Below are positions 1 to 13,840 of a stretch of DNA of 64,000 bases, piece after piece. Position numbers and translations under genes: made by a program. Location of the stretch: positions 12,462,746-12,526,745 of the forward strand of contig NC_071115.1 in NCBI RefSeq assembly GCF_024256425.1, written 5' to 3'. The stretch is from Clarias gariepinus (lineage: Eukaryota). The number at the start of each line of letters is the position of its first letter. Positions within the stretch are counted from its first letter, which is position 1. The notes under the pieces were generated by a model, which worked only from the letters and a program-made list of their open reading frames with translations, did not search any database and had not been told where the DNA came from.

Positions 1-1536
1 TTTTTTGTTATATTATTAACTGTGGTGTAATTTTTTCACTGGTCACTGATTGTGTTCCTGAGTTTGTCAATTTTAGGCCACTTAATGTTTGTGAATTTAA
101 ACTGTGATGAAATTTTCTGGGTTTAAAGACTTCAAAGACTTGGATAGTGCGGTGCTGAGACTCTTAAGCACAGTAAAACATCTGAATAGTAAGTCGAATG
201 CCTGATTCTTGAAAATCAACGGATGCCTTTTTCGCTAATTTGTGGGACACAATTCACAATTTTTATCTTGGAGAACTGCACACACAATCATCTACCAACA
301 CCACTTGCACATTACAGGGGTTTAGCTGTGAGATCAGCAATTCACAGATGAAGCATGCAGTCTAATCATGTCTCCGGTGTACTGAGAAAACTTTCCACTT
401 TGATGTTGTCCAAGCACTAGTGACATTATTGAATAAGTACAATACTGTAGCAGGGGATTATATAGAGAAATAAAAAGTTTTTACTCGAACAGGCCTCGCA
501 GATATGTTAACTAGCAAAATGTTGTATGTAACAGAATATGAGTAAACCATGGTTACTTTTCAGGTTTTTCAATATTTGTTCATCAAACAGTAAATATGAG
601 CTAACCGCAGGTAGGACTGAAAAAACTCAAGATCGCACAAACCGTAGATTTTGTCAACAAAATAGTTTAAGCAAATTGTTAACATTTGTCTCTTTACCAC
701 ATTATATGTATGTAATTGGCAAAATTTTTAAAAATGTTTATTTAAACATTGTTTATAGCTGACATTATGGCTTTATGTCATGGACTTGTAAGCAAAATAA
801 ATGTATGTTGGTTCCCTGTGAACATCAAGTTTCTTTCAGGTTTATCAAGCTACCAACACACCTGCATTAGTTCCTAAGTTTATTTATGAACTTTATTAAG
901 TTTATTAAACTTAATTATGCATTTGAATCATTATGTGTTATGAATCATTTGTTCTGCACACACTGTACATTACAACATGTTCGATAACACACATACTAAC
1001 CGTTGGTATAAAAGGAAAACACTACAAATAGAAATTATATTAGTCATGTCAGACACAATCAGATTTTTGTCTAGTCTATATGTTTACTCGTAAAACATAA
1101 AATGCAAATATAAAACAGTTAGCATCAAATTATGAAGAAGCCTCACCCTCATCTTGTGAGACATCCCTGAAAAACTTGTTTTGTACACGTCTTTAGGCCA
1201 TGTGTTATTCAAATCATGTCTAGTGTAGATATAATATTTTTTATGCACGCCTCATGCACCCAACAGCCCTGGCCGTAATGACTGGTGTGTGGGTATATGA
1301 CTGGTGGGATGTGGTTGTTTGGGCATGACAGCAGTTTTTATGCATTTCTGGGTGGTTCTCATGGTATAAAAACATTAATTAATCTTGGAGAATAGATCAA
1401 CACCAGTGAAAACAGCTATAACGTGAAAGCTAAGCAAAGCACAATGCAGACAATGCAATACCAAAAACATATAAAAAGTGTTCTGATTCTTTAAACCACC
1501 TCAGGTTTCAGCCAATCATAAGCCACATTCACTGCT

Positions 1537-1540
<4 letters not shown>

Positions 1541-1576
<36 letters not shown>
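1541..1576. repeat. (GT)n microsatellite, ~18 units
   Basis: Perfect GT dinucleotide run read directly in the sequence. Confidence 0.95.
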
Positions 1577-1815
1577 CAAACAACAAGGCTCGTAACTTTT
1601 TGGTGAAAAGGCGTGATCAGCACAGGTCAAGCAATCAGCACAACCATCATGCAGCAAAACTCTAAGGTGAAAGGAATAAAGGAAACCACACGAGTCTAAA
1701 TTAATCTAAAAAACAAGAAAACAGTTTGTTTCCAAATGGTTTTGTTTATGGAGAAAATGGGACCTGTTAAAATGTTGAGAAAAAAGTCAAATCTGACCCT
1801 CCGCAAGAAACATGG

Positions 1816-1816
<1 letters not shown>

Positions 1817-1846
<30 letters not shown>

Positions 1847-1847
1847 A
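1817..1847. repeat. (AAAT)n microsatellite
   Basis: aaataaataaat... tandem tetranucleotide run. Confidence 0.9.
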
Positions 1848-3492
1848 ATCAAACCACATTAAACCCTTCTATGGCATTTTAGTGTTGCATCATCATTACG
1901 TTTTCCTATTCTGTGTAAAATGCACAGAGACAGAACAGGGCATCGATGTTCTTGTGCCTCCAAGCAAGCAGCAGAGGTGGAACAAGATCTGGGTAAAAGG
2001 GAGAGCTGCCAACAGGGGGGTGACAACAACTGGGGTGTGAAGTTTTGAGAGTTATGATGTACGAGACCGGCCACAGGGAGTTTAAAAAAATATATATTAC
2101 AGGGAAAAATGGCAATGTAAAAATGTCAAGAGTGTTACAGGGAAAAATGGCAATGTAAATAGCATTTGTGAAGGCAGAGATGTCCGGGGGCTACACAAAA
2201 AATGAATGGTAAAGTATGTTATTGTTTATTATTGTTTTGAAAGCAATGTTATGTGCGTTATTTCTGGTTAATAGGATATACCTCACTAGAGGTGCAGCGA
2301 TTTAAATTTTCTTGGCCAATACTTTGCTACCGGAGAACTCTACAGCTATAGATGGTTAAACTCATGATCTCAGAGTGAATGTTTTTCTACTGTGCCACTC
2401 AGGAAAACGCGAGTGATGGCCCCACAGGCTAAAAAACAGCTGACCAATAAGTGCATTTTTTTTTTTACACATAACACTACACATTAAGCTTTGACATCCT
2501 TACTTGACTTCACTAAATGGGTAAATCCCCACAGCCATGCTCAAAAAAACATCTACACTAACGCTTTCCCAGCAGAGCAGAAGTTATTACAAGAGCAAAG
2601 TGGGGAATAAATCCAGACATGTTTGATGCTCTTTTATGACTTTGCCACTTGGCCTTGTATTTAATTTGACTGATTTTTAAATACAAATTCCACATTTAAA
2701 TACATGTATAACAAGAGAATAGGAAAAACACATTTTTTTTGCCTTAAAAACTGAAATTTTACAAGAAATTTGAGGCATTTTTAATATACAAGCGAGCAAA
2801 CCGAGGCAAAGTTGCGCATACGTCTGGGGGTTCAAAACTTGTTTGCGTCAGTGGAAAGCCAAGCAAAGGCAGTTTTTTTTTCTTTGCATTTTGTGCAATA
2901 CTTGGTAAAGACATAGCACCATGCCAAGAATGTTAGCAAGGACAGTAGCAAGAAGAAAAGGGAGCAACTTTAAAAGTGTACCAACCATCGCACCTGTGTC
3001 CGGATTTACTCCCCACTTTGCCCGCATAATAACCTGTCCTGTTTGTTTCGTTTTTAAGGCCGATGATGCCAAGAGGAATCAAGTGAATCAAGATTAAGTA
3101 AGCTTTAATGTCTATTTATTTCATATTGTACTTCATTTACATGTCTTCTAACTGTTTTTTATATGCAAAAATATGCTTCTAGTGTTGGTAATCTTTTATT
3201 TGTAAAGATTAATAGCGACGGATATTTGTAAAATGGTAAAACTTATAGAATGGCAATACAGATCGAATCGACACAAAGGTATCGTGACCATAACCAGGTG
3301 AGGTAGCGTGATCATAACTATATGAGACATCATGATAATAATAAACAGGGAGGTCCCTAATTGGTCATTCCTGTGTTTACTGTTTACTTCGTTCATGTCT
3401 GTGTAGGAAAGGGTTATAGGTATTTCAAATTGGTAGTAACAAGAAGGATTAAACTTGTTGGTAGTGGTGTTGATTTTTATTTAGTTTTATAC

Positions 3493-3495
<3 letters not shown>

Positions 3496-3529
<34 letters not shown>

Positions 3530-3546
3530 ACAACAATAACAAGAGT
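3496..3546. repeat. (TTA)n followed by (AAC/AAT)n compound microsatellite
   Basis: About 11 ttattatta... units, then aacaacaataacaag. Confidence 0.9.
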
Positions 3547-3823
3547 AATAATCCTCCCAATGTGGCACAGAAGCCCTGTAGAGTATCACAGCTACTTGCT
3601 CTAGTTTACAGTAATAAACATGACTTACAGTAATAAACATGATTCTCCAAGACAAACGGCTCAGCAGTGTTTTATTACTTCCACACTTCCTCATTCACTC
3701 ACTTATTTCCTCCACCTACTCTATACACAGACTGCTTTAGGACATCAACTACCACCTTCGTCCAAAGCACGTGCATTTCTTTTAACTATACCCCTTACAC
3801 CAGGCCACATTTATTCATCTTAC

Positions 3824-4019
3824 CCGGGTTTATTTCTGTAAAGCTGCATCCTGTAACGTTAACCTTTAACATTTCCTTCAGATAGTCGTTCTCTTTGCGG
3901 ACCCGAGCCGTTTCCTCCTCGTACTCCTGCATCATCCTGCTCACGGTGTCGAGAATCTCATTCACCGCCGCCGACAGTCTCTCACTCAGGAACACGTTTA
4001 ACTCGTCCAATTTAGTCAT
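3824..4019 (-). CDS. First coding exon of a ZNF-family gene (gene F). Encodes MTKLDELNVFLSERLSAAVNEILDTVSRMMQEYEEETARVRKENDYLKEMLKVNVTGCSFTEINPG and ends at a G|GTAAGA donor in phase 1. The rest of the gene lies beyond the window start.
   Basis: ATG at 4019-4017. The ORF track shows the same peptide inside 3795..4109. The donor GTAAGA sits at 3823-3822. The nucleotides are near-identical to the exon at 23193-23382 and the peptide is homologous to the exon at 55028-55217. Confidence 0.6.
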
Positions 4020-5214
4020 TTTACTGTTTCCCCCTATAAAAATCACTAATAGTAAACAGTTTTTTAAGTGTAGCTCGTCTACCGCGCACACACTCAACCC
4101 CGCACACACTCTTTATCTTGCTTGTTGTGACGCCGAAGACGTTAAACCGGCTGAATCCCAAAAAAGGTCGCTGTTAGATTTTAAGTGCACTACGCAGGCC
4201 ATAGAATGATGCTGTATGTACTCTTTGTAGTTTACCTACATAGGAGCAGGAAGTCATATGGAGTTCGACCTAGATTGAGCCGAAGTAAAACAACAAAGAG
4301 AACCGCCTCTACCGCCCCCTGCAGGACAGGAGATAGAAGCCGGATTCACTCAATCGTTTCAAGGCGGGAATATTGGACTGTCGTTGCGTCTCGGCGTCGT
4401 GTGTGAAAGCAACAGAGCCGGAATCGGGGTCGATTTAATTAGTGAGAGGGGGAAGACGAGATCTGTGTGAAATGGGAGAACCAACTGTGGTGAAATGGGG
4501 ATCTGACGTTTTATGATCATCAGAGGTTTAAATTACAGTAACTTGATAGTAGCTAACATGCATATATCTTATAGAGATTAGATCAGACACATCTGAAGTA
4601 CAAAGCACAAAATTTACCAAACGCAATGACATTCCCCAAGACAGAACATTTCAGAAACACAGTTAGGGATGACATCCTGGTTGTGATGTGGCATTATAAG
4701 TCAATTCACAATTTTCATTACCTGCTTCCTGTTTCCTTAATTGCTTAATTGGTGCATGACAGTTAAGCCAGTTTAAAACTACTATTTAGAGGTTTTTAAT
4801 GAAGGATTTTCATATGAAGTATTTTTTCTGACATACTGAAAACACAAGGTAACATTACAACGTGACTCATAAAACATGCTGGAAAGCAAAGGGAACTGCT
4901 TGAGCAGCTACTCTTCAACAAGTGACACTAGAAGAGCCATCTTACCTGAACTCCACGTTTACCGTGTCACTTAAAATCAGACAAAGTTCCTTGAAGAATA
5001 ATCCTTACTGTAAATTAAGGCCTGTAATTTTCATAGAATAAATATAAGTTGAAAGGAAGGCCCTGAGCTGCGATGCTGGTCAATCGAGTTTGGGTTGGTC
5101 CAATTTAGAACAAGAGCTAAATCCCTGTCTGTTCTGTGACGGGGCATTAGAATATTAGAATAGAATATGTTGGGTTTTTGTTCTTCAGGGCCACCGTAAA
5201 AATCAGAGATAAGG

Positions 5215-5290
5215 TAAGCTGCTCAAACGGATAAGGCTGTGGGTTACTAATCGTAAGGTTGGGGGTTCAAGCTCCAGCTTCTGCATTATA
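5215..5290. repeat. tRNA-like SINE-head fragment (box A / box B-like). It is not a foldable tRNA.
   Basis: It contains gctcaaacggataaggc and ggttgggggttcaagctcc, which resemble D-loop and T-loop motifs, but no proper acceptor stem is present. Confidence 0.25.
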
Positions 5291-5641
5291 ATTGATTACA
5301 AGAATTCGGCTTTGTCTATTATTGGTTAGCTTGCCAGGGCTCTGAAATAGGACCAGTTTCTGATGCCACTTTACCAATTGCTGCAGTCACTCCCAACACT
5401 AAAAAATGTTTGATATGGTATAGTGGGCATATTTGTTTAGGATTTTAGAGGGCTTTGGATTTGTGGAAAAATGTATTAACTGGGTTTGACTACTGTCTAA
5501 TTGCCCTGAAGCACTAGCTCAGACAAATAGTTATATATCTACGTGATTTAAATCGGGAAGGGGGGCATGGAAGAGATTACCACATGTGTACCAGCCTGTA
5601 GTTGTTCTGTTTGACACTGGAAACTGTGGCAACTGCAATGT

Positions 5642-5725
5642 GTGGCAATGAAAATTTCTAAGTTTTTGTGTCATATTCAATTCAATTCAATTAAATTTTA
5701 TTTATATAGCGCTTTTAACAATGGT
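5642..5725. repeat. Fragment of a common teleost interspersed repeat (ttcaattcaatt...tttatttatatagcgcttttaacaatg...cccaaagcagcttcac).
   Basis: Motif remembered from fish repeat consensi; I cannot name the family from sequence alone. Confidence 0.4.
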
Positions 5726-6328
5726 CATTGTCCCAAAGCAGCTTCACAAAAAAAAAAATTAAAGATTTTTTTTTTTTTTTTAAGAAAAGAAAATATTTGG
5801 AAGTGTGTATGTGTGAGAAAAATGTGTCTAGATAATAATTAAATGAATGAATGATGAATGAAATGTCTCTGATGAGCAAGCCAAGGGTGACGGCGACAGT
5901 GGCAAGGAAAAACTCCCTGAGATGGCAATAGGAAGAAACCTTGAGAGGAACCAGACTCAACAGGGAACCCATCCTCATCTGGGTGATAACAGATAGAAAT
6001 AACATCAAGTGTGTTGTGCAGGTGAAAGTTCAATATATCAGAAGTTGTGTAGATTCAGTTCAGCAGTAGGTGCAGAGGGCAGATGGGGTCAGATCACTGG
6101 AAGCACAGTATACAGGATGTGTAGCTCCAGCCATCATAAAGCAGAATCTAGCTGGAGCAGGTCCTTCTCAAGATGCCTTAGAAACCTTGCAGGGTTGGCC
6201 TTTGTCTACTGAAGCTGGCACAATCTCCAGATGTCTCAGGATGGGTAGAAAAATACAGAAAAGATGGAGAGAATTAGCGTAGTTGCCATTCAGGATAGGT
6301 GTACTGGAGTATGAGGTTATGGGATGAG

Positions 6329-8179
6329 TTACGCGTATGCCAGATTAAAGAGATGCGTCTTGAGTCTACTTTTGAATTGGGAAACCGTGTCTGCTCCCCG
6401 AACAGTGTCTGGAAGGCTATTCCAAAGCTTTGGAGCCAAATATGAAAATGCCCTGCCCCCTTTTGTAGATTTTAAAATTCTGGGAATTACCAGAAGTCCG
6501 GAGTTTTGTGATCTTAAGGGACGTGGTGGATTATAGCGTATCAAAAGACTGGTTAGGTATGAGGGAGCTAAACCATTTAAAGCCTTGTATGTAAGTAGTA
6601 CTATTTTGTAATTAATTCTAAATTGAACAGGTAGCCAGTGCAGGGATGATAATATAGGTGTTATATGATCACATTTTCTGGATCTGGTGAGAACCCTGGC
6701 GGCTGCATTTTGGACTAACTGTAGCTTGTTTATTGAGGATGCAGGACAACCACCTAGTAATGCATTACAATAGTCCAGTCTGGAGGTCATGAATGCATGA
6801 ACTAGCTTTTCTGCATCAGATACGGATAGGATGCTCCTAAGTTTGGCAATATTTCTAAGATGGAAAAAGGCTGTTTTTGTGATATTGGAAATATGATTTT
6901 CAAAAGACAAGTTACTGTCTAATATCACGCCCAGGTCTTTTACTGTTGAGCTAGTAGTAACAGTACATCCTTCTAAACGCAGGCTGAATTGTGAAAGCTG
7001 TTGTGTGCTGGTTTTTGGGCCGATGAGCAATATCTCTGTCTTATCTGAATTTAGTAAAAGAAAGTTATTGGTCATCCAATCTTTTATGTCCTGGACACAC
7101 TCTGTTAATCTAGACAACTTGGGTATTTCATCTGGTTTTGTTGAGATGTATAATTGGGTATCATCAGCATAACAATGGAAACTAATCCCATGCCTTCTAA
7201 TGATGTTTCCCAGGGGAAGCATGTAAATTGAGAACAGGAGAGGTCCTAAAACTGACCCTTGTGGGACCCCATATTTCACTGGCATTACATCAGACGGTAC
7301 TCCATTTAGATCTACAAAATGGTATCGATCAGACAGGTATGATCTAAACCATTTTAATGCCTGCCCCTGAATACCTATATGATTTTGTAGGCGGTCTATG
7401 AGAATATTATGATCTATGGTGTCGAATGCAGCACTTAGATCAAGTAAGACTAGTATTGAGATGCAGCCTTGGTCTGAAGCTAAAAACAAGTCGTTTGCAA
7501 TCTTAACTAGTGCAGTTTCTGTACTATGATGGGGCCTGAAACCTGACTGAAATTCTTCTAGGATGTTGTTTTCCTGCAAGAATGTGCATATTTGAGCTGA
7601 TACTACTTTTTCTAATATTTTTGATATGAACGGAAGGTTTGAAATCGGTCTATAATTTGTTATTTCATTCGCGTCCAAATTAGATTTTTTAAGAAGCGGC
7701 TTAATAACTGCCAGCTTCAAAGGTTTAGGGACGTGACCTAGATATAATGAAGAATTAATAATGTTTAGAAGTGGCTCTCCAACTGTAAGCATCACTTCTT
7801 TTAAAAATCTGGTTGGTATTGGGTCTAACAGGCACGTTGTTGATTTAGCTGAGGTGATAAGTTTATACAGCTCTTCCTGTCCTATACCTGTAAAGCACTG
7901 AAAATCTAAATGTGAAGCTCTAGGCTGAACTAGATCATGAGATGCTATTAGAGGTTGAACCTCTGTTATTTTCTTCCTTATGCTATCGATTTTTTCATTA
8001 AAGAAGTCCATAAAATCTTTACTACTAAAATGTTGTGGAGTACTCTCTGCAGGCATCTTAGGTTTTGTTAGGCAGGCTACTGTACTAAATAAGAACTTGG
8101 GATTGTTTTGGTTTCTTGCTATCAGTTGGCTAAGATGCTCGGTCCTAGCGGTTTTTAGAGCCCGTCTATAGCTGCACAT
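6329..8179 (-). CDS. LINE ORF2 reverse-transcriptase domain, 616 aa, open throughout.
   Basis: Motifs [30 protein letters not shown] and [10 protein letters not shown] are typical of L2/CR1-clade RT. Confidence 0.85.
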   Translation of the reverse strand: MCSYRRALKTARTEHLSQLIARNQNNPKFLFSTVACLTKPKMPAESTPQHFSSKDFMDFFNEKIDSIRKKITEVQPLIASHDLVQPRASHLDFQCFTGIGQEELYKLITSAKSTTCLLDPIPTRFLKEVMLTVGEPLLNIINSSLYLGHVPKPLKLAVIKPLLKKSNLDANEITNYRPISNLPFISKILEKVVSAQICTFLQENNILEEFQSGFRPHHSTETALVKIANDLFLASDQGCISILVLLDLSAAFDTIDHNILIDRLQNHIGIQGQALKWFRSYLSDRYHFVDLNGVPSDVMPVKYGVPQGSVLGPLLFSIYMLPLGNIIRRHGISFHCYADDTQLYISTKPDEIPKLSRLTECVQDIKDWMTNNFLLLNSDKTEILLIGPKTSTQQLSQFSLRLEGCTVTTSSTVKDLGVILDSNLSFENHISNITKTAFFHLRNIAKLRSILSVSDAEKLVHAFMTSRLDYCNALLGGCPASSINKLQLVQNAAARVLTRSRKCDHITPILSSLHWLPVQFRINYKIVLLTYKALNGLAPSYLTSLLIRYNPPRPLRSQNSGLLVIPRILKSTKGGRAFSYLAPKLWNSLPDTVRGADTVSQFKSRLKTHLFNLAYA

Positions 8180-8660
8180 ACTGTCTTTAAACGCAATTCG
8201 AAAAACTTCTAATTTAGTTTTTCTCCATTTTCGCTCAAGGTTACGGGTTGCTCTCTTTAGGGCGCGAGTATGACTATTGTACCAAGGAGCAAGTGTTTTA
8301 TCTCTGACTTTTTAAAATCTGATGGGAGCAACAGTGTCTAATGTACTGGTAAAAATAGTACCCATGCTGCTGGTCACTTCGTCTAGATCGTCTGCATTTA
8401 GGGGTCTAATAAGTAATTGGGACAGATCCGGTAGATTACTTGTGAATCTGTCTTTAGTAGTCGGATTCATATTTCTAACAAATCGATAACGTGGAAAGAC
8501 ACAGCTAATCTGTTCTACGGGTAGAGTATATATCAGGAGGTGATGATCTGTGATATCATCACTTTGAGTTAAAATCTCTATATTAGTGACATCTATACCA
8601 TGAGATATAATTAAATCTAGTGTATGATTACAGCGGTGAGTTGATCTATTTATATTTTGT

Positions 8661-9164
8661 TTAAATTCCAAAGGAATTTAGTAAGTCCATAAATGCGAGG
8701 GCTAAAGTGTCGTTAGCATCATCTACATGAATGTTAAAGTCACCTACTATCAACACTTTGTCAGAGTTAACAATTAGGTCTGATAGCAGATGTCCAAATT
8801 CTTTTAGAAAATCGGCATATGGCCCTGGGGGTCTGTACACGGTGGCCAGAGTAAAATATAGCGCGGGTTTATTATGTATTTCATTAAGTGCAACATTGAT
8901 GACGAGCACTTCAAATGAGTTAAACCTGGGCCTTATTTTCTGAGTAACAGTGAGTACATCTTTGTAGATAGTGGCGACACCACCACCGCGACCAATTAGA
9001 CGGGGCTCGTGCTTATAAAAATATCCTGACGGAGTAGACTCATTCAGACCAATATATTCATTTGGTTTAAGCCAGGTTTCAGTGAGGCAGAGTGTGTCAA
9101 GGCAATAATCTGATACCATTTCATTAACAATAAGTGCTTTAGGCGTAAGGGTTGAGAAGTCCAA
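8661..9164 (-). CDS. LINE ORF2 APE-type endonuclease domain, C-terminal two thirds. The N-terminus is lost to 5' truncation (an in-frame stop lies immediately upstream).
   Basis: DTLCLTETWL, GRGGGVATIY and the VGDFNIHVD motif. Confidence 0.75.
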   Translation of the reverse strand: MDFSTLTPKALIVNEMVSDYCLDTLCLTETWLKPNEYIGLNESTPSGYFYKHEPRLIGRGGGVATIYKDVLTVTQKIRPRFNSFEVLVINVALNEIHNKPALYFTLATVYRPPGPYADFLKEFGHLLSDLIVNSDKVLIVGDFNIHVDDANDTLALAFMDLLNSFGI

Positions 9165-9277
9165 ACTTTAGAGGTAGACTTCGATTACTTATTTATAATA
9201 AAAATATAATATAAAGGCTGTACCCATAAAGTAATGTTATACAGTATGTGAACAACATTCTTTTGTTTGTTTAAGAC

Positions 9278-9449
9278 AGGGGTCTCCAAATCCAGTTCTG
9301 GAGGGCCAGTGACCAGCACAGTTTTGGTGTAATTCACCAACACCTAAACACACCAATTGAACCTAGTAATTAACAGATTACTTAACAGCTGTGTTTGAGA
9401 AGAAGAATCACCAAATTGTGTTGGATACTGGCCCTCCTGGACTGGATTT
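9278..9449. mobile_element. MITE-like non-autonomous DNA transposon with ~25-bp terminal inverted repeats (ccaaatccagttctggagggccagt / actggccctcctggactggattt).
   Basis: The two ends are reverse complements of each other with 1-2 mismatches; the internal part is short and non-coding. Confidence 0.6.
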
Positions 9450-11863
9450 AAAGAGCTCTGGTTTAAGATAACAGCAATACCCTGTCTTTTTAACATAATA
9501 GACTTATTTTCCAAGTTTCTGTAAAATGGAATTTTGCAAAATCAAAAATCCTTCAACGATTCTGTCCCTCATGCTTTTTCAGGCTGGCTGTTTACAGTAG
9601 CCTAAACAAGGTTTACTATATCTATGCACCATTTTCACCCCAAAAATAGAAGATACGATAAAAGTTAACTTTGACCCGTTATTGCAGAAAGTTCATATTG
9701 ATGTACAGTCTTCACTGGGTCTATCTCTCTGGGTAGAGGTTAATGTTATTAAGATGAATTCTGTTTATAGGATAAATTACCTGCTTCACTGTCCCCACCT
9801 GCAATCTCCCCTAAATATTTCAAGAGGTTCGATGACATATGGGAGGAATTTCCCTGGAATGGATAAAGTGTCTAAGAATGCACTTGAGAAAACTGCAGTA
9901 ACCAGGCGATAGTGGAGGTTTGGGGCTCCCAAATCATCTTTTTTTTATTAGGCATTAAGCTTAAGGCACTTGGCACATTGGTCATTGTCACCACACAGAG
10001 CTCCCTCAAGGTTCAGGATAGAGAGCCCAGTCTCAGCCCCTGCTGTCTGCCCACTAATTTATCTACATATATTAAAACTTACCCGATTATTCCCATCACC
10101 ATCAAACCACATGTAAGAAACTTGCAGAACTGATTAATTTTAAACCTTACTTAAATGCAGTCTTCAGTATTTTGGTAAATCCAAAGTATTTCCAAGCAGT
10201 CTTTTATTTCTAAGAGTGGGAAAAGGTAACCTTATGTTACAGGATTTATATTGTGGAAATGTACTGAAACCGTTTGACTTAATACAACAATATGACGTCT
10301 TAAGACTTCGGTTTTGTAGATATCTCCAAATATGATATGTGACACAAAAGTTCAGTCATGTTCAGAGCCTCCAAGGTCAGAGGAAGAGTTAAGGAAAATT
10401 CTTGATGTCTGTGGTAGAGGACATCAAGAAAGCGTCTAAGTAGTACACAATATTGTGGGAATAAGGTATGGGAAATAATTTAGGCATAAAACTTGATTAG
10501 CAGGTATATGATGAAATTTGTATTAAGAATAAGACTTACACCGTTTTAAATCTTATATCATTACTGGACCCCCAAGTGGACTTTGTTTAAAAGATACTGC
10601 ATTTTGTTGGAAAAAATGATAGGTTGAGGGTAAACTAGTACATTAATTCTAGTCCCAAATTTTTACAGGTCTGATTAAAAAAAAAATTAAAAGTAAAAAT
10701 TTAGCTGTTTATTACAATGTTAAGAGTTTTAGAAAGTACACATTATAAAAGTTTATAAGATCAGTTGATTTTACAATTCTGGGGAATTTTTTTTTTTACA
10801 GTTGTTCTACTGTGAGTATCATTGGGTTCATTTTTTATTCTGTCCCAACCTATACAGTACATGCTTGAAATGAGTTATGGGGGGATTTTTGCTCCTCCAA
10901 AACCTTTGAAGGATTGGACCCAGATAGCAATTATGATCGGTTGATAAATTCTCTGAAACTGGAAAACACCAAATAAGTCTCTATTCAGCGACTGGGTGAC
11001 AGCTGAAGCAAGTTATGGCATTTAAGACCACGATGTACAGGATTGGTGACAGGATAGAAAAATACTATCAGGTACATTTCTTACATAAGCACATAAGTGA
11101 AAAGACAAGGTAAAAACATACTGAAGATGGAGGTGAAGTTTTGCTATTCACAACAATATATTTTGCTTTTTGCTTTATCTATTTTTTTGTAACCCTTTTC
11201 CCCTTTGTTTCTCTTTTCTTTTACTGTATATCTAAAAAAAAGACATATCTAAGACTTATGACAGACCCTTCTGTATTTCTGTGGTAGGTGGGAGGGTTAG
11301 GGGAGCATCTTGGAGGAATAGCTTGTTTTTGTTCTTAAATGGGTGAGACAATGAGAATGTAGAGATGCACTGACAGCACCCCAACGCTCAGTTCACCTGC
11401 CCTTGTTTTAAAAGCAGTGTTTGCTTAGTATTTCTGATGCCTGTCACCCTAAATGTTGATGCTGTTGTGGTAAATGGCATGCCCCCTAGCTGTGTGATGC
11501 TTAAAAGCACTCACTGAATACTTAGCTGAATTTGCGAGCTCTGTGTGAATGATAAAATGCAGGAAGAGTGTAATATTGAGAGGGTCTTATCGATAGCATG
11601 ATATTGCCTGTATAGCATGATTTCTGTGTAAAAAATTATATTCCAGATAAAATTGTGCTTTATTATTTGTGTATTAATTGATGGATATTTATGCATACAA
11701 TGTTATTAAAAAGGTTATAAAATTATATTTTAAAAAGGTAAACATTTAAGTGTTATATTATTACAGTGTTAAGAGCTTTAAATAGTACACTTTATTTAAG
11801 TTCTAGTTTTATGTGTACAAGATTAGTTGAACGTGCAGTACTGCTTCAAGGCAGCATGAGATG

Positions 11864-11950
11864 TGGTACACCCTGGATGGACTGACGCCCCATCCAGGGT
11901 GTACCCGGTGTGTTTCCTGAGATAAGCTCCAGGCCTCCTGCAACCCTGTC
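11864..11950. repeat. Fragment of the same teleost interspersed-repeat family seen at 15894-16205 (ggtacaccctggatgg...ccatccagggtgtac).
   Basis: Shares the caccctggaca/atgg core with the copies at 15990 and 55500. Confidence 0.4.
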
Positions 11951-13840
11951 AGGATAAGTGATATAGAGAATGAGTTACTGAAAGAGTACTGATTCAACCC
12001 TTAGACAAGTCTGTTTGAGAGCCACTAAAGAAAGACAGCTAAGCCTGGATGAGGAACAACAACAGTAACTAAAATATTCTTAGAACTTAATGCGATTATT
12101 TGTGTGTTTCAGAAAGCACTTATGGTGTAAACTGACATTTGCGCCAGATTCCATGCCCCATTACAAACCTCTCACAACTAAACCATGAACCCAACCAAAA
12201 TGGAAACATGCTCCTGTGACTTCTTTTGGTAACACCGGATTGGTTGTTTTTGCTTATTCGATAGGGTTTCCTATTTGGTTTGAACTGCTTTCACCATGCC
12301 AAAACATATCTTTCATTTCAAGTCATCATCTTGTATTTTAACTCCTTAAGAGTTGAGTAGCACACTTGGTTTCCCAATACATATTTATTTTAATCTTGCA
12401 CAATTTTTTTTACACAATCTTTAGGTACATTCATGTACAATAATATGTGAATAATACAAAAATGTAACTGTACTTGGAAGTGTTCATTGTTTCAAAATAT
12501 TAAATTAAGCAAGTTATAAAATCCATAACAAATAATTATGTACCTAATATGAATTATTACAATGTATATATCTATATAAAACTTAATCACATGCTTTAAA
12601 AACAGTGTCTTTGTTTTTTTTTACTTAAAAACACGCTTCTCTCTTCTTTGCGGTCAATTATTCTGGCACTGTGAAAATTCCTTACACTTTCTGTATGTGA
12701 AACAAAAGCATTGAAAAAAATTATGTGAAAGTTATTCAAGGCCTGATAATACATGAATTAATCAGAAACACTTGTACAAAATACCCACTCTATCAAATCA
12801 GCCAATCTTGTGTCAGCTATGCATAAAATCATGCAAATACAGACCAGCAGCTTCGGGAAATATTTACAACAAATCATCAGAATTGCATGATTGTTGGTTA
12901 GTGTTTCTTAGCAACAGGTTCTAACAGGGTTATAACATGGTGCATTATTATGGCATTAATAGATGGGTAAATTATAGAACACGGTCAACAATACTCACAT
13001 AGGCTGTTGCGATTGATTGGTATTTAAGGGCACAAAGTAGGCTAAGAAAGCATTCCCTACACATCTACAGTATCTGCCTCAGCACAGAGCAAGATTCATC
13101 GGACATGGCTATGCTTTGCACTGTCCACGTTTGGTAAGTGTCCTCTGCAGCCTCAGATTCCTATTCTCGGTTGACAGAAGTGGAACCTGACACGATCCTC
13201 TGCTGTTGTAGCACATCTAGCTCAAGGTTTGATGTGTTGTGCAATCTGAGATGCTTTTCTGCTTACCGATATTATATAGAGTTGTTATCTGAGTTACTGT
13301 AAACAGTGCTTCATCAGCTCAAACCATTCTCCACTGAACTCTCTCATCAACCAGGTGTTTCTGCAGTTAGATCAGATCAGGAGACATAAAAAATACTCCA
13401 AACATTCCAATCTGGCACTCAGATATTACATTGTCCCCCATTCTTATGGTTGATATGAACATAACCTGAAGCTTCCGGTGTGCATCTGCCTGATTTGTAA
13501 ATTTGCTGAATTTAAGTCTTTTTAAAAATAATCCCACAAACTCCATGTATTATTCCATATACCCCTTGTTAAGAAGCACTTAAAAATACCAAATTTGTAT
13601 CGATATTCTTTTAGTTTTTAATGGGTAGTCAAGTTGTATTAGCTACATAACATTTGTGCTGTTTCTTTACCTCTGTATGTTGAGTCAAACTCTTTCCTCG
13701 AAATGGTCGAAAGGCTCTGATGTACCTGTCGAACTCTCCGCCACATGCTGCGTGTAAAATGAACAAAATGTTAAATTCTTCCAGCAACTTTATGACGTTG
13801 CACTGAAATAAAATATAAATAAACTGGCTTTTTGTGCAAC

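Larger units (their letters stand above)
5843..9170 (-). mobile_element. L2/CR1-like non-LTR retrotransposon (LINE). It is 5'-truncated inside the endonuclease domain and has its 3' tail ((CATT)-like microsatellite) at the low-coordinate end.
   Basis: Minus-strand ORFs 8661..9164 (APE-like EN with the LTETWL motif), 8312..8671 and 6329..8179 (RT with the FDTIDH and YADD motifs). The plus strand at 5843-5868 reads aatgaatgaatgatgaatgaaatg, which is the tail in reverse complement. Confidence 0.8.

Noticed and set aside
2848-3072. ORF 2848..3072 (minus) as exon 2 of gene F
   Set aside because: It has no convincing acceptor in the required phase and no similarity to exon 2 of locus A (19853-20022). 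The gene F continuation probably lies outside the window.
5215-5290. Functional tRNA (Ser/Leu-like)
   Set aside because: Only partial D- and T-loop-like motifs are present, with no anticodon stem. It was treated as a low-confidence SINE fragment.
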